Source: a virus (taxonomy: Duplodnaviria > Caudoviricetes). Taken from it: 64,000 nt of DNA. Of this stretch, positions 46,077-56,600 are shown piece by piece. The notes beneath the pieces were generated by a model. That model was not told the origin of the DNA and made no database searches. It saw only the letters and a list, made by a program, of their open reading frames with translations. The stretch's first letter is position 1, and each line of letters starts with the position of its first letter. Location of the stretch: the IMG/VR virus record IMGVR_UViG_3300012031_000005, positions 1-64,000 of that record; one strand, given 5' to 3'. A program made the position numbers and the translations under genes.

Positions 46077-46373
46077 CTATGTAAGATCAGCTGATTTTAC
46101 AAAGATTCCGTCTATCATTTTTCCTTTACGATCTTTAATATCGTCATAAGCAACTGCAAGACAATCGTCCATAGTATGACCATTGCGCACCATAATGTTA
46201 ATTAGTACAACCATCATATCACCAATGTCGTCCTTAATGTCTTTACCTTTGCAGATGTTAGAGGAAAGTTCTCCCATTTCCTCTACTAATTTACAAAATT
46301 GTGACTTGTCGTCAGATCCGTTAATCAAGTTTCGGTCGTGGTGCCATTGCGTAATTAATTCTTCGTAATTCAT
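46077..46373 (-). CDS. MazG-like NTP pyrophosphohydrolase
   Basis: KLVEEMGEL, DDIGD, IKDRKG. Confidence 0.88.
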   Translation of the reverse strand: MNYEELITQWHHDRNLINGSDDKSQFCKLVEEMGELSSNICKGKDIKDDIGDMMVVLINIMVRNGHTMDDCLAVAYDDIKDRKGKMIDGIFVKSADLT

Positions 46374-46386
46374 TTGAGCCTCTTGG

Positions 46387-46797
46387 TTAGTATTGTGGAT
46401 TTATAAACGAACTTGGGTCTACAGTAGCGTGTTCACCGTCTCTGTATTCTGCACCCATGTTTAAACTATTAGGCGCAGTTACTGAATAAGCTAGAATGCT
46501 TTCAGTTTCTACCATTCTAACTTCAAATTCAGTGTTGTTAGCTTCAAGGTTAATTCCTCTAGTCCAACGGCCGTGTTCGACTAATATCCAATTACCTACA
46601 GCGTATACATCGTTATTAATTGTCCCTTTGCTGTATACCTTGCCCCATCGAGGGTAGATGCCTCGAGTCTTACCGTCATCGTTGGATATTACTATTCCAG
46701 TAGTAGTAGTTTGTTCACCAAAGTGCATCTCGGTAACTAGTACTCGATTATTGATTGCTCTAAGGTTGCCTTGTATATTATTAATGTTAGTGGCCAT
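46387..46797 (-). CDS. GroES-like co-chaperonin
   Basis: LRAINNRVLV, TTTGIV, GKVYSKG. Confidence 0.8.
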   Translation of the reverse strand: MATNINNIQGNLRAINNRVLVTEMHFGEQTTTTGIVISNDDGKTRGIYPRWGKVYSKGTINNDVYAVGNWILVEHGRWTRGINLEANNTEFEVRMVETESILAYSVTAPNSLNMGAEYRDGEHATVDPSSFINPQY

Positions 46798-47215
46798 CGT
46801 TTACCTTTTTTATAAAGTTGCCCTTTGCATCTTCGGCCCAGTTATCTTCATTGTTGTCTTGCTCTTCTATTTCTAATGTTGTTAATTGTTGTTCGACTTT
46901 GGTTTGAGACTTCTTTGAAGATTTCTTTGCAGGTGCTAATTTAGTAGTCGGCTGCTCTACTTCTGCTTGTTTGTCGGATGACTCCGCTCTTCCACTATCT
47001 GGACGTGCTTTGCCTGCTTGGGCGTAGTGCTCTTGTACAATTGCTTCACGCTTGCGTGTAATTTCGCCGCCTGGGCCTAGCTCGTCACCACGTGCATTTA
47101 CTCTTGCATTTCCCACTGCCGGAGTTAATTCGTTTCTTTTGCGAAGCAAGTCCATATCAACTTGCTTTCCTCTCATGCTGATGTGCTGTTTTTTTCCTGA
47201 TGATACTTTTGACAT
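46787..47215 (-). CDS. hypothetical protein
   Basis: AVGNARVNARGDELG; AGGAG RBS. Confidence 0.75.
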   Translation of the reverse strand: MSKVSSGKKQHISMRGKQVDMDLLRKRNELTPAVGNARVNARGDELGPGGEITRKREAIVQEHYAQAGKARPDSGRAESSDKQAEVEQPTTKLAPAKKSSKKSQTKVEQQLTTLEIEEQDNNEDNWAEDAKGNFIKKVNDGH

Positions 47216-47239
47216 GTGTGTCTCCTATTATATACTTAC

Positions 47240-47761
47240 TTATCTCATGAACTCATGGAAGTCTAGGCCATATTGAATTGAGTGTATTTTGTGCACTCCG
47301 ATTAAATACAGTACAAAACTTGCTACACTAGATCCTCTGCCGACTCCCCAAACTATTTCATTCTCTCTCATAAAATCAACTAAAAATATCATATACCTAA
47401 GTATATTAATCATATTACGAGATTGATATTCTTCTAGTTCACTAGTTAGTCTGTTTATTTCGTTTTGATTCGAGCATAATCCAACAAGGTGATCGTAAAT
47501 ATCTATCTTTAGATACTCGTCAGGCATGAACCACTCAGACTGGCAGGCATTATCGAATTCTACCATTGTTGTAGTTGATGAGTTGTAGACTTGTAATCCT
47601 GAAGTATACCTTTCTTTTGCAACGGCATTAAACCGTTGTACGTCAGCTGTGTCTTCACACTGTACAAGGTGTACTTTATCTGCATGTCCGCTGTAGATCA
47701 TGTTTACGAGATCTAAAGTGGTGAAGATTGGTGTTCCTAACTTGTCTGTTTTTACAATCAT
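47240..47761 (-). CDS. stand-alone DnaE (Pol III alpha) fragment
   Basis: RL..EL, WGVGRGSSVAS.VLYLIG, LDFHEF; no catalytic PDID. Confidence 0.8.
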   Translation of the reverse strand: MIVKTDKLGTPIFTTLDLVNMIYSGHADKVHLVQCEDTADVQRFNAVAKERYTSGLQVYNSSTTTMVEFDNACQSEWFMPDEYLKIDIYDHLVGLCSNQNEINRLTSELEEYQSRNMINILRYMIFLVDFMRENEIVWGVGRGSSVASFVLYLIGVHKIHSIQYGLDFHEFMR

Positions 47762-47770
47762 ACAAACAGT

Positions 47771-48016
47771 TTAGTTGATATTGATTAGATTGTCAACACT
47801 TTTGTGGCCGTTTTCTGCCATTTGTTCTCTTTCTTTTTGTGCTGCGACTACTCGACGATCGGCTACTTCAGCATGATAGATATCAAGGAACACAGTGATT
47901 TGATGCTTAACACTGGGATTAGAACTTTGAAAATATTTGTGCTGAAGCTCAGATATTTTCGAATCCAGTTGACTTTCGCTTAGATCACTTAGTGAATGTA
48001 TTAATGGACTTATCAC
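47771..48016 (-). CDS. hypothetical protein
   Basis: GTG start overlapping the upstream stop. Confidence 0.6.
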   Translation of the reverse strand: MISPLIHSLSDLSESQLDSKISELQHKYFQSSNPSVKHQITVFLDIYHAEVADRRVVAAQKEREQMAENGHKSVDNLININ

Positions 48017-48588
48017 GAGAACTCTCCGATGTAGTTTGCAAACACAGTGTGTCCTTGGGTTGCAGTCCAAAATTCAATAATGACCGATGTGTTATTACTG
48101 GCAACCGTTAATGTTGTAGGAAAGTCTGACGAATACTTAATTGTTCCGGCATTGGTCGTTAACCCTATTTCGTGTACGGTAGAATCACTTCCTTTAAATT
48201 CTACAGTCATTTTTGAAACATAGACTCCATTGTCGCGGGTCGGCCAATCAGTCAGCATAAACGTAGCGTCAGTTGCTAGTGCAATTGTTTGGTAGTGTCC
48301 TTCTAGAAAACTAATTTCTAAGTTTGACGATCCCGAGTTTATTGTTAGGGGATTACGTGATGAGTGAGTGGACAACGACAATTCTGCGCTAGCAATTACA
48401 CTGCCGTCGAAGTTGTTGGACTGATCCAGCTTAGCAGTATTACTCTGCAGAATTGTAATTTCATTTTTTGCAATGCCTAATCCTGCCTTAATGATACTAA
48501 AGTTATCGCGAAAGCCCTGGGTGTCATTATCCACTCCAGCAACTGGGTACGCTGCATCCAGCGTGTCGCTTATAATTTGACTTGCCAT
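48013..48588 (-). CDS. virion structural (tail/baseplate) protein
   Basis: YPVAGVDNDTQGFRDNF; TAAATA at 48613-48618. Confidence 0.7.
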   Translation of the reverse strand: MASQIISDTLDAAYPVAGVDNDTQGFRDNFSIIKAGLGIAKNEITILQSNTAKLDQSNNFDGSVIASAELSLSTHSSRNPLTINSGSSNLEISFLEGHYQTIALATDATFMLTDWPTRDNGVYVSKMTVEFKGSDSTVHEIGLTTNAGTIKYSSDFPTTLTVASNNTSVIIEFWTATQGHTVFANYIGEFS

Positions 48589-48624
48589 AATTATTCCTCT
48601 GTTATATAATCCTATTTATTATTA

Positions 48625-51600
48625 TCATACGTTGAATAGGTAGTTTGCGAATAGTATAAATTTTTCTTCCAATGAGTCTTTGCTTCGCTTAACAATATAC
48701 CTATCTATGTCGTAGTTAATAATATTAGGATTAAAGTTACTATTATTTATAGCTGCTAGAACATTCTTTGCTTGTCCTGGCACACAATAGCAAACTGGAA
48801 TAGCACTTACATATCCTAGTTCTTGCAATTTGTTTTGAGGAGTTCGCATCCAAAGAGGCAGATAATTTCTTTCATTCTGCCCAATTGCCTTGATGTTATC
48901 TCGCATGTGTTCAATACTAGCTCTATATTTTACGACATCCGAACTCTGACCAGCAAGTATGGCATTACTATCCACTTTCAATGTGTTTGTAGGATTCGGT
49001 CTAATTCTGTATGGTTCACTGTCGCTTCTTTCAAGAGCAACTACAACACTGGAAGTGTCATTTATTTCTACCTCAAAGTCTGCATTGTCTGTTGAAAGTT
49101 CAACATCGCCTTCCCTGGTTTCGATAATTAGCTGGTTTAGAGTAGAGGGAATAAATCTAACAAAGCCGCCACGACCATATACTGGCAAAGAATCAAAGCC
49201 TGATCCAGTGTTTGTATTATCGTCGATAGCTGCATACTGTAAACTGTCAACTGTGATTTTTTTAGTATTACGTATGTTAAACTTACTTTGTGTTTTACCT
49301 TTATCAGTCTGTGCAAAATCGTTAACATCAATATAAATTACTTCGTATACCTGTTCTTGAGTATCTGGATCAATTGCAATTGCTGTCTTGAACTCTCCCA
49401 ACCCGTACTTTGTTCTTTTATGATTCTTTGCTGCGGCTGCAACAAACTCTGCAATGTTTTTGGCTTCAATTCCAGCATAGATCAGCATATCTAGGTTCTT
49501 TTGTATGCCAAATGTAGCGTTACCTAGTCTATAAATTTTATCAGGTGTAAATATGCTGGGATCGCTTGTAAAGTCTCTAAACGCATCTCGTTGACTCTGT
49601 TGAAGCATGGGTCTTGCGTAGATATCTGTATATTGCGTGTTGTCAAAACTTTCTACTCGAACGGTAAATGTACGGTCGATTGCTGCAATGCCAAATCGAT
49701 CAACTGCTCTAACAGTGAAATCGTATTGTCGATCGAAAGTTGTTTCGCCAGGTATTTTACCATCCCAGGACACATTGTTATTATCAAATATGCTTAGTCC
49801 TAGACCTTCTGCATCAGCAAACTGCTTAGGAGCTCCGACTATTTCTCCATTGTATTGCAGTCTCATGCCGAACGGTAGTCTGCCGTTTATTAGTTTATAT
49901 GTCATCTTTGAAAAGGGCACGGTTGTTTCTGCTTCTAATCTAAAAATACTAGTGAAGTTGGCATTAATAGTTCCTAGGTCCGCAGCAGTAATCCAACTTA
50001 TGTTACTGTCAACTTCTCCAATTATCTGCAGGTTAAATGTTTTTATACTGCTGGGCATGACTACTTCGTCGTTTTCTGCAACAATTATGTCCTCAGAGAA
50101 AAAGTCTCGGGCAAATAGTGCTATGCCAATATTTCTTCCTTGTGCTAGCACAACAGTAAGATTTTTATCTAGCTGTACAAAATCCTCATTGTCACGCAGC
50201 ACTTTTACAACAATAGTTCCGTTATTGCCAAAGAAGTTGCGAATATTTGAAACAGCTCTAGAACTAGCAGTACTAGGTATTTTAATTATCCATTGTCGAG
50301 GTTCAACAGCACTGACAAATGCCCTGTTGTTATAGGTGTCTTCAAGCGCCTGTACGGTTGCAATTACTCGGTCGTTAACACTTAGCTCATTAGACGTTTC
50401 GGCAACTTCGGACCACTTATTTTGTTCAAATAATATCTGAACATTTCCTTGGTCGTCGAAGATAATATCACCGTTAGCATCAAGTTGTGGCTCAGTTGCG
50501 TGTGCTGCTATGCACACATAGATAAACCCGTCTCCCCCGCTGGACACTGAGCGAACAATATAATCACCCACAATATAATCTTCGCCTACTTGTATATCTC
50601 TAGGACTGCCTGAAGGAAATATTCCTGTAATATTGAGATCAGTTTGTGTTATTTCGTATTCAATATACGGAGTAATACTACTTATAGTATAGGCTTTGTT
50701 TTGTTCAAACTCTAATTGACGTTGAGTGTACCTTTGCCTATTGATTTCAGACAGGCGGTTAACAAATAAGTAGTCGCTGCTGGTAACACTGGCCCTGCTG
50801 AGTATTAACGGAACACTGGTGATAAGAGGCGACCCTAAAAAAATTACGTCATAGTCTGCGTTTGAGTCATCAACATTTATAACTCTATACAGTCTTTCTT
50901 CGAGAAGAATTTCTCGATTGACCAAAGCCAATAGGTCATTAATACCGTCTATATCACCGGTACGATCTATCTTAAATATTTTAAACGAGGTTGCCTCTCG
51001 CGGAGTGTCTTCAAAGTAGTTTGCAAATATGCTAACTATTCCAGTATCTGGTGATATCCTAGTAGCGCGTATTGTAAATGTGTAGTCTATTGTAATAGCT
51101 GGCTGATAGGGAATTTGTCCTGTAATCTCACCAGTTCTGCTGTCTAATAATAATCCTGGTGGTAATCTACTTATAGTGCCTAGATTGTTTATGTTTTCGA
51201 GTGTGTATATTAGTTCACCGTCTAGCTGATTATTGTCAATTGTTTCTAAATATATAGTAGCGTAATTGTTTGCACGTCTAACTCCTAAGTCTCTTGGTGT
51301 TAGCCAAGTGGGCGTTCTTATGTTGGTTAAATCAGCAGTAAATGTCCCTGTGCTGGATTGCATTAGTGTATTATCGGCAGTTAGAAAATCGTCTCCTACT
51401 ACGTATATTTTAAATTCTCTTCGAATAAAGCTAGTACCGTCTGTTACAGTGACAGCAAAAGGATAATATCTGTTTAGTTTTCTAGAAAAAATCGAAGTTG
51501 CACTAAATCCATAGGGTACTGAATCGTAAACATAACTGCTGTAGCCTGTTGTTGTTACATCATTGCTATCAGTAACAAAGTCCAGGTCCAAACTTAACAG

Positions 51601-52095
51601 GGGTTCTACGATGCCCTGTAGTTTACCGTCGTTTGATAATTCTATTCCTGGTGGTAGCTCACCGTCGTCGTTTGCAATATAGTATCTTAGCTGGTCGCCT
51701 GCTGGAAGATCGGTATCTGTGGCCAGTAATTGAAAATCTACCAGTACATTGTCTAGAATGAATAACGAATCGTTTGCGCCAATTGGTAAAAGCCCTGAGT
51801 TTGTAACCCAGCGTGGGTCATCAGGACCGGTAACTATTAGTTCTACAGTTCGATCTTCAAATAGATCATCTAATTCTGCTCGGATAACAACGTTAAAGCT
51901 TTGGTTGTAGGCTACTTCAAACAGTGTACCTACTATACGATTACCTTCTAATCTTGCACCTGGTGGGAGACGTCCGCTTATAATTTCAGTAATAGTTTCG
52001 TTATTGTTTGTTAAGGGCAGCAGAATATTAACAGCTTCTCTTTCGATTGAAGTTGCTATTCTATCCCCTGTCTGTATGTTCCAAATACTGCTCAT
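48625..52095 (-). CDS. baseplate wedge-like protein with Ig/He_PIG repeats
   Basis: Repeated G.LPPG..L...G.I.G; C-terminal YDIDRYIV. Confidence 0.75.
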   Translation of the reverse strand: MSSIWNIQTGDRIATSIEREAVNILLPLTNNNETITEIISGRLPPGARLEGNRIVGTLFEVAYNQSFNVVIRAELDDLFEDRTVELIVTGPDDPRWVTNSGLLPIGANDSLFILDNVLVDFQLLATDTDLPAGDQLRYYIANDDGELPPGIELSNDGKLQGIVEPLLSLDLDFVTDSNDVTTTGYSSYVYDSVPYGFSATSIFSRKLNRYYPFAVTVTDGTSFIRREFKIYVVGDDFLTADNTLMQSSTGTFTADLTNIRTPTWLTPRDLGVRRANNYATIYLETIDNNQLDGELIYTLENINNLGTISRLPPGLLLDSRTGEITGQIPYQPAITIDYTFTIRATRISPDTGIVSIFANYFEDTPREATSFKIFKIDRTGDIDGINDLLALVNREILLEERLYRVINVDDSNADYDVIFLGSPLITSVPLILSRASVTSSDYLFVNRLSEINRQRYTQRQLEFEQNKAYTISSITPYIEYEITQTDLNITGIFPSGSPRDIQVGEDYIVGDYIVRSVSSGGDGFIYVCIAAHATEPQLDANGDIIFDDQGNVQILFEQNKWSEVAETSNELSVNDRVIATVQALEDTYNNRAFVSAVEPRQWIIKIPSTASSRAVSNIRNFFGNNGTIVVKVLRDNEDFVQLDKNLTVVLAQGRNIGIALFARDFFSEDIIVAENDEVVMPSSIKTFNLQIIGEVDSNISWITAADLGTINANFTSIFRLEAETTVPFSKMTYKLINGRLPFGMRLQYNGEIVGAPKQFADAEGLGLSIFDNNNVSWDGKIPGETTFDRQYDFTVRAVDRFGIAAIDRTFTVRVESFDNTQYTDIYARPMLQQSQRDAFRDFTSDPSIFTPDKIYRLGNATFGIQKNLDMLIYAGIEAKNIAEFVAAAAKNHKRTKYGLGEFKTAIAIDPDTQEQVYEVIYIDVNDFAQTDKGKTQSKFNIRNTKKITVDSLQYAAIDDNTNTGSGFDSLPVYGRGGFVRFIPSTLNQLIIETREGDVELSTDNADFEVEINDTSSVVVALERSDSEPYRIRPNPTNTLKVDSNAILAGQSSDVVKYRASIEHMRDNIKAIGQNERNYLPLWMRTPQNKLQELGYVSAIPVCYCVPGQAKNVLAAINNSNFNPNIINYDIDRYIVKRSKDSLEEKFILFANYLFNV

Positions 52096-52131
52096 CTATA
52101 GTACTCTCCATGCAGAGTATTTATCGGAATA

Positions 52132-52797
52132 TTAAATCACACCCTCGTCAATACTAATTGCTGACGGGTTAGTGAAAGTTCCTAGATCAAAGTCTGATGT
52201 TGCAGTAAGTAATTCGATTGTGTTGGTAACAGAAAATAGTATTCCACCTAGCTCAATATTTTCAAAGTAAACAGCATAGGCCGCTGGGTCAACTCCATTT
52301 ACTAATCCGGTAAGGTTGCCTACATTAAGTATGTCGTACCCACCGGCATTAAGATTCCCACTCAGTTCCGGAGTAATATCTTGTGACAGTTCTGCAAGAT
52401 AATCGTTGTTAATAACAAGGTTACCGTCTACTATGCGAGTGGATATACCGGGTCCACCCTGAATAGTTAGTTCTGCGCTGCCTTCTAGCAGAGTGGCGCC
52501 ACCGTCGGTTGTTATTGCAAGTGAAACAACGCCTGTGTTACTAATTGTAACTTTTTCAAAATCTGAGCTTAGAGCAATGCCGGTACCGCTATTAAGTTTT
52601 TTAAACTGTAGATCGTCGTTAATGCTAGCAGAAAAAAGTCCTTGCCCCACAGTACCAAGATTACTAGCAGTTGATGTTGCGCCAATTGTCAGATCAAGTA
52701 TTTCGAAGTTTTCATTTATTTTTATCATTGCTTCGCGAAGATCATCACCTGTTCCGTCGTTAGCAATTTGTCCTACGTTAATTAAGTTTACTGCCAT
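52132..52797 (-). CDS. baseplate/tail protein (gp9/gp10-like N-terminus)
   Basis: INVG..ANDGTGDDLREAM.KINENF. Confidence 0.75.
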   Translation of the reverse strand: MAVNLINVGQIANDGTGDDLREAMIKINENFEILDLTIGATSTASNLGTVGQGLFSASINDDLQFKKLNSGTGIALSSDFEKVTISNTGVVSLAITTDGGATLLEGSAELTIQGGPGISTRIVDGNLVINNDYLAELSQDITPELSGNLNAGGYDILNVGNLTGLVNGVDPAAYAVYFENIELGGILFSVTNTIELLTATSDFDLGTFTNPSAISIDEGVI

Positions 52798-52807
52798 TGT
52801 CTTTTCC

Positions 52808-53569
52808 TTACGCTGTTTGTATTTGCTTCCATGCGCCGCCTAGGTACACAACCATTGTTTGTACTCCTGAGCTTGTTGGATTCCAATTTGTTCCGTCCGC
52901 AATTGCAATCATTCCGTTTTGAGGAGAGCCTGGCTCTGCTGTTATTATGCCTAATGTTAATAGATTGCTAACAGTAATGCTAGATGTGCTAACTGACGGC
53001 AGGTTATTAATTGTAGTGCTTAGATCATTAACCTTTAGATATCCAACGTCGTCATTGAATTCAGAAAGACTTGACGGCGCGCCCTGTATTGCAGCATATG
53101 ATATCAGCCCTGTGCCAGCATTAAATACAAGCTCGTCATTTAAACTTAGCAAGTTTCCTTTTAGATTAGTAGCAGTGATCCTCGCAAATGATGCCTGGTC
53201 AGTACCTATGCTACCACTAGCATTAACACTAGGTATGATATCGCTGTTTAGTGTTAGACTATCAAGTTGAATATTTCCGAGGTCGCTTAGCGGTCGATAG
53301 ACAATGCCGTCGCCTGCCGCATTAACTTTTAAAAAGTAGTCTTGTGAACCTTGAAAACTAGACGGTGTTTCTATTAGATCAGAAAACGTCTGAGCTACTA
53401 GTCTATTGCCATTTAACCTAATATCGCCTGCGTTAATAGTTCCTGTTGCTGTAATATCCTGAACTTGAACAATAGAAGATCCTTGTAAAGTAAGATTATC
53501 ACCTGTAGGTATCTCTTTTATTTTATTATTGTCATTGACATCAATTATTAGGGGATATCTATTGGCCAT
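52808..53569 (-). CDS. tail fibre-like structural protein
   Basis: Beta-repeat composition; ADGTNWNP C-terminus; TAAATA at 53592-53597. Confidence 0.7.
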   Translation of the reverse strand: MANRYPLIIDVNDNNKIKEIPTGDNLTLQGSSIVQVQDITATGTINAGDIRLNGNRLVAQTFSDLIETPSSFQGSQDYFLKVNAAGDGIVYRPLSDLGNIQLDSLTLNSDIIPSVNASGSIGTDQASFARITATNLKGNLLSLNDELVFNAGTGLISYAAIQGAPSSLSEFNDDVGYLKVNDLSTTINNLPSVSTSSITVSNLLTLGIITAEPGSPQNGMIAIADGTNWNPTSSGVQTMVVYLGGAWKQIQTA

Positions 53570-53605
53570 TCTTGCGTCCTGTTTGTTTATATATTTATCG
53601 TATCT

Positions 53606-53648
53606 ATGTGAACTACTGAGTGACTAAAGATCACTCAGTAGTTCACAT
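53606..53648. terminator. 18-bp perfect hairpin after the giant tail gene
   Basis: ATGTGAACTACTGAGTGA-ctaaaga-TCACTCAGTAGTTCACAT. Confidence 0.6.
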
Positions 53649-56600
53649 TATCTTCCTACTACTACTTCAACAATGCCGCGTTCGTTGGTATTTTTAGCAC
53701 CTACTGCCTTACCAATCATTGTGCCATTAACTGGGTTGTTGTTTACACAACCGTATCCAAATATTCCGCTTGTAACAATTATGTCTCCTTTGCTAACTTT
53801 GCCAACTACTTTACATGGAACTCGTCCTTGAAGTGCCAGAGCAACTACATTATCACCTGACAGTGCAGTGTTCATTAGATGCGCTGGATTAGTTGATACC
53901 ACTCCGGCAGCTCTAAAGTTGTCCTTTTGGTTAGTTGTAGTTACTTCGGCATCGCCACCAAATACTAGAACAGTGCCGGCTTCGTAAGCTGCATCAGCTT
54001 GATAATTTTCAGCTAGGTCAGCGTAGTATGCTGTGGTTGCAGTACCATTAAATATATTTGCGTAAACGTTATCATATTTTAATGCTGCGCTGCCAATGTC
54101 GTGGGAGTTGGTAACATCTGGTAAGAATCCTTTACCAGTGTATTCACCTGCAACAATACTGGCTCCATTTACAAACAAGTTTCCACTTGAATATATATTA
54201 CGATATCTTAGTGAATTACTACCAATATCATAAGTGTTAGTAACATCAGGAAGTACACCTGCTGAGCTAAAAGTAAACGGAATTACACTAGTGTTTGAAC
54301 TAGTATTTGCTGTTACTATTGCAACTCTGCCTGCTGAGGATAATCCTGACGCTGCGCCTATAGATATTCCTGTTGAAGCTGCACCTTTTTCACTTTGTGC
54401 TTCTATAAAGCTGGAGTAGATCCAATTGACTCCGATGGCCTTCTTGCTTGCAAGTGTAGAGTTGGCTTTTAATACAGACTGTGCAGTATTGGAGTCTCCA
54501 ATATTTACTCCACCTGCTATCTGTACAGTAGGTGCTACACTTGGTGAGCCCCCTACTGATCGAAGTATTTCACCCTGCGTTGGAGTTTTGAACAGAACAG
54601 TGGTCGTATCAAGGCTTAATATTTCATAAGATGGGTTACCCCCTAATATTAAGGAGTTGACTTGAATACTACCAATGGCATTTGTTTTGAGTATTGAATT
54701 TGTTTCGCCAGAGTTGGTAACATTTGAAATACTGTATGCACCTGTACCAGTTCTTATCAGTGCTTGTCCTGGATCACTTGCTACTGCAAGTACGGAACCT
54801 GTGAAGTCTTTATCCTCTAGACCAAGTCCCTGCGCTACAACATTAGAAAAAGATATCTGGTCTATATTACTAGCACCGTCATCACCACTCCAATTACCTA
54901 ATACTGAGCCATTAGATATGCGCTGTAGTTTGTTAATGCTTAGTGCACCGTTGTTTATTGTAATCCAGCCAGTAGTTGAATTAAACACTGCTGAGTCAAA
55001 TGATGCAGATCCTAGATCACTTTGTGATATGCCTGTTGAATTTGCCCTTGTGGATGCAGATGCAAGTGCTAGTTTACTTTGTGCTATGCCAGCATTTGCA
55101 TTAACATCAGCATTAACAATAACTCCTGCTTTAATCTGCAGGTTAATTTCTTCTCGACTGGTTGTTATACTGATATCGCTGCTAGCAGATGCCAAGACGT
55201 TAGCCCATTCGTCTACAGGACCATCTATTACAATTCCTTGCGCGCCTGCTGGCAACACTTCAGCTCTGTCTTGCCCAGGCGAGTTACCAGCAGGAGTTCC
55301 ATCACTAAATTCTCCTGATAGCGGTGTGTAAACCAATATAACAATGTCGCCGTCTACTGATCCTGTCTCTTCAATGACCTCGACTATTTCACCTGTAGCT
55401 CCAGTTACTGATCCGGTTATAACATCTCCGGGAACATACGGCCCTGCTACAACACTGCCGGCAGGTAATATAAGGCGTTTAGCACCAGTGGAAGACAATA
55501 CTTGTCCTGATTGGTAACTGTTATAGCTGACTGATCGCAGGTCTTGAATCTCGTCGCCGCCGCTGGCAGTGTTATCAACATAGCGTTTGGTTGCTGCATC
55601 TGCTGCATTACTGGGTATACCCAAGTTAGAAATTGTGTTGTTGGCTGCATTCAAATCACCTGTCAGCGGAATTGAACCGTTAGGCGCCAGCGCACCGGGT
55701 CCTAATCTGTTCGAGACCGGATTGCCTGCTGCATCGTAACCTAATCGTCGGTTTACATATCCTCTAACAGCAAGTTCTGTAGGCACAGTATCCGAAGCAT
55801 TGTCAGTCATTGCAGTGTCTGTTGAAAACTCTGTTACTACAACACCACGTTTAAAACCTAGCCCGTCTACATCACTTAGTGCTATGGAAGCACTAAAAGT
55901 CACAGTACCTGTACCTTGGTCTACGCTAAAGAATCTGCCTACTCTAAATACGCCGTTCTGATCAGTGCTTACATAGAAAACTCGACCCTTGCCTCGTTCC
56001 TCTACTTCGTTTGCACTATTTTTATCTTCAGGCTCTCCAAATAACACGTTTGGATAATTGGTAGAGTTGTAACCTCCTGTGCCAATGTCAAGGAAGTCGT
56101 GGCCGGTGACTCTGCAAGTAGAAATGTTAACAGTAATATCGCCAATGCTTCCAGCTTTTAGACCAGCACGTATTACAACAATACTATTTCCTAAAATTGT
56201 TGTGCCTGCAAGTCCCTCGGCACTAAGAGGATAGTTTATATCTATTCCCACATCTTCAATGTCTACGATTGCATAATCGTTATCTTCTGCTGGCGCTACT
56301 TCGGTTTCGACACCTTGAATAGTCTTCACACCACGGAAGTTGTAAACATAATGCTGCTTGCCAGCCCATGTTATAATGGAAGGAAGTGGAGTTAATGAAT
56401 CCGCAGTCCAGCCGACTGGACGGTTGCCTTCAGGCGTAAACAAGTTATTATTTAATCGAAAAATTTCATTAAAATCTGAAGCTGCCAATAATGCAATTCT
56501 GGTATCACCGACTGTGCCGCCTTTAGTAGTACCGTCACCTGAAAGACTAGACTCTCCTGCTCGCTGAGAGTCTACCAACAGCCTTATGTAGTCATAACTT

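Noticed and set aside
45480-46077. tRNA or tmRNA genes
   Set aside because: No cloverleaf with a GTTCRA T-loop and acceptor stem was found by eye
49637-50335. 232-aa plus-strand ORF
   Set aside because: Antisense to the baseplate gene; composition reflects the reverse of its codon bias
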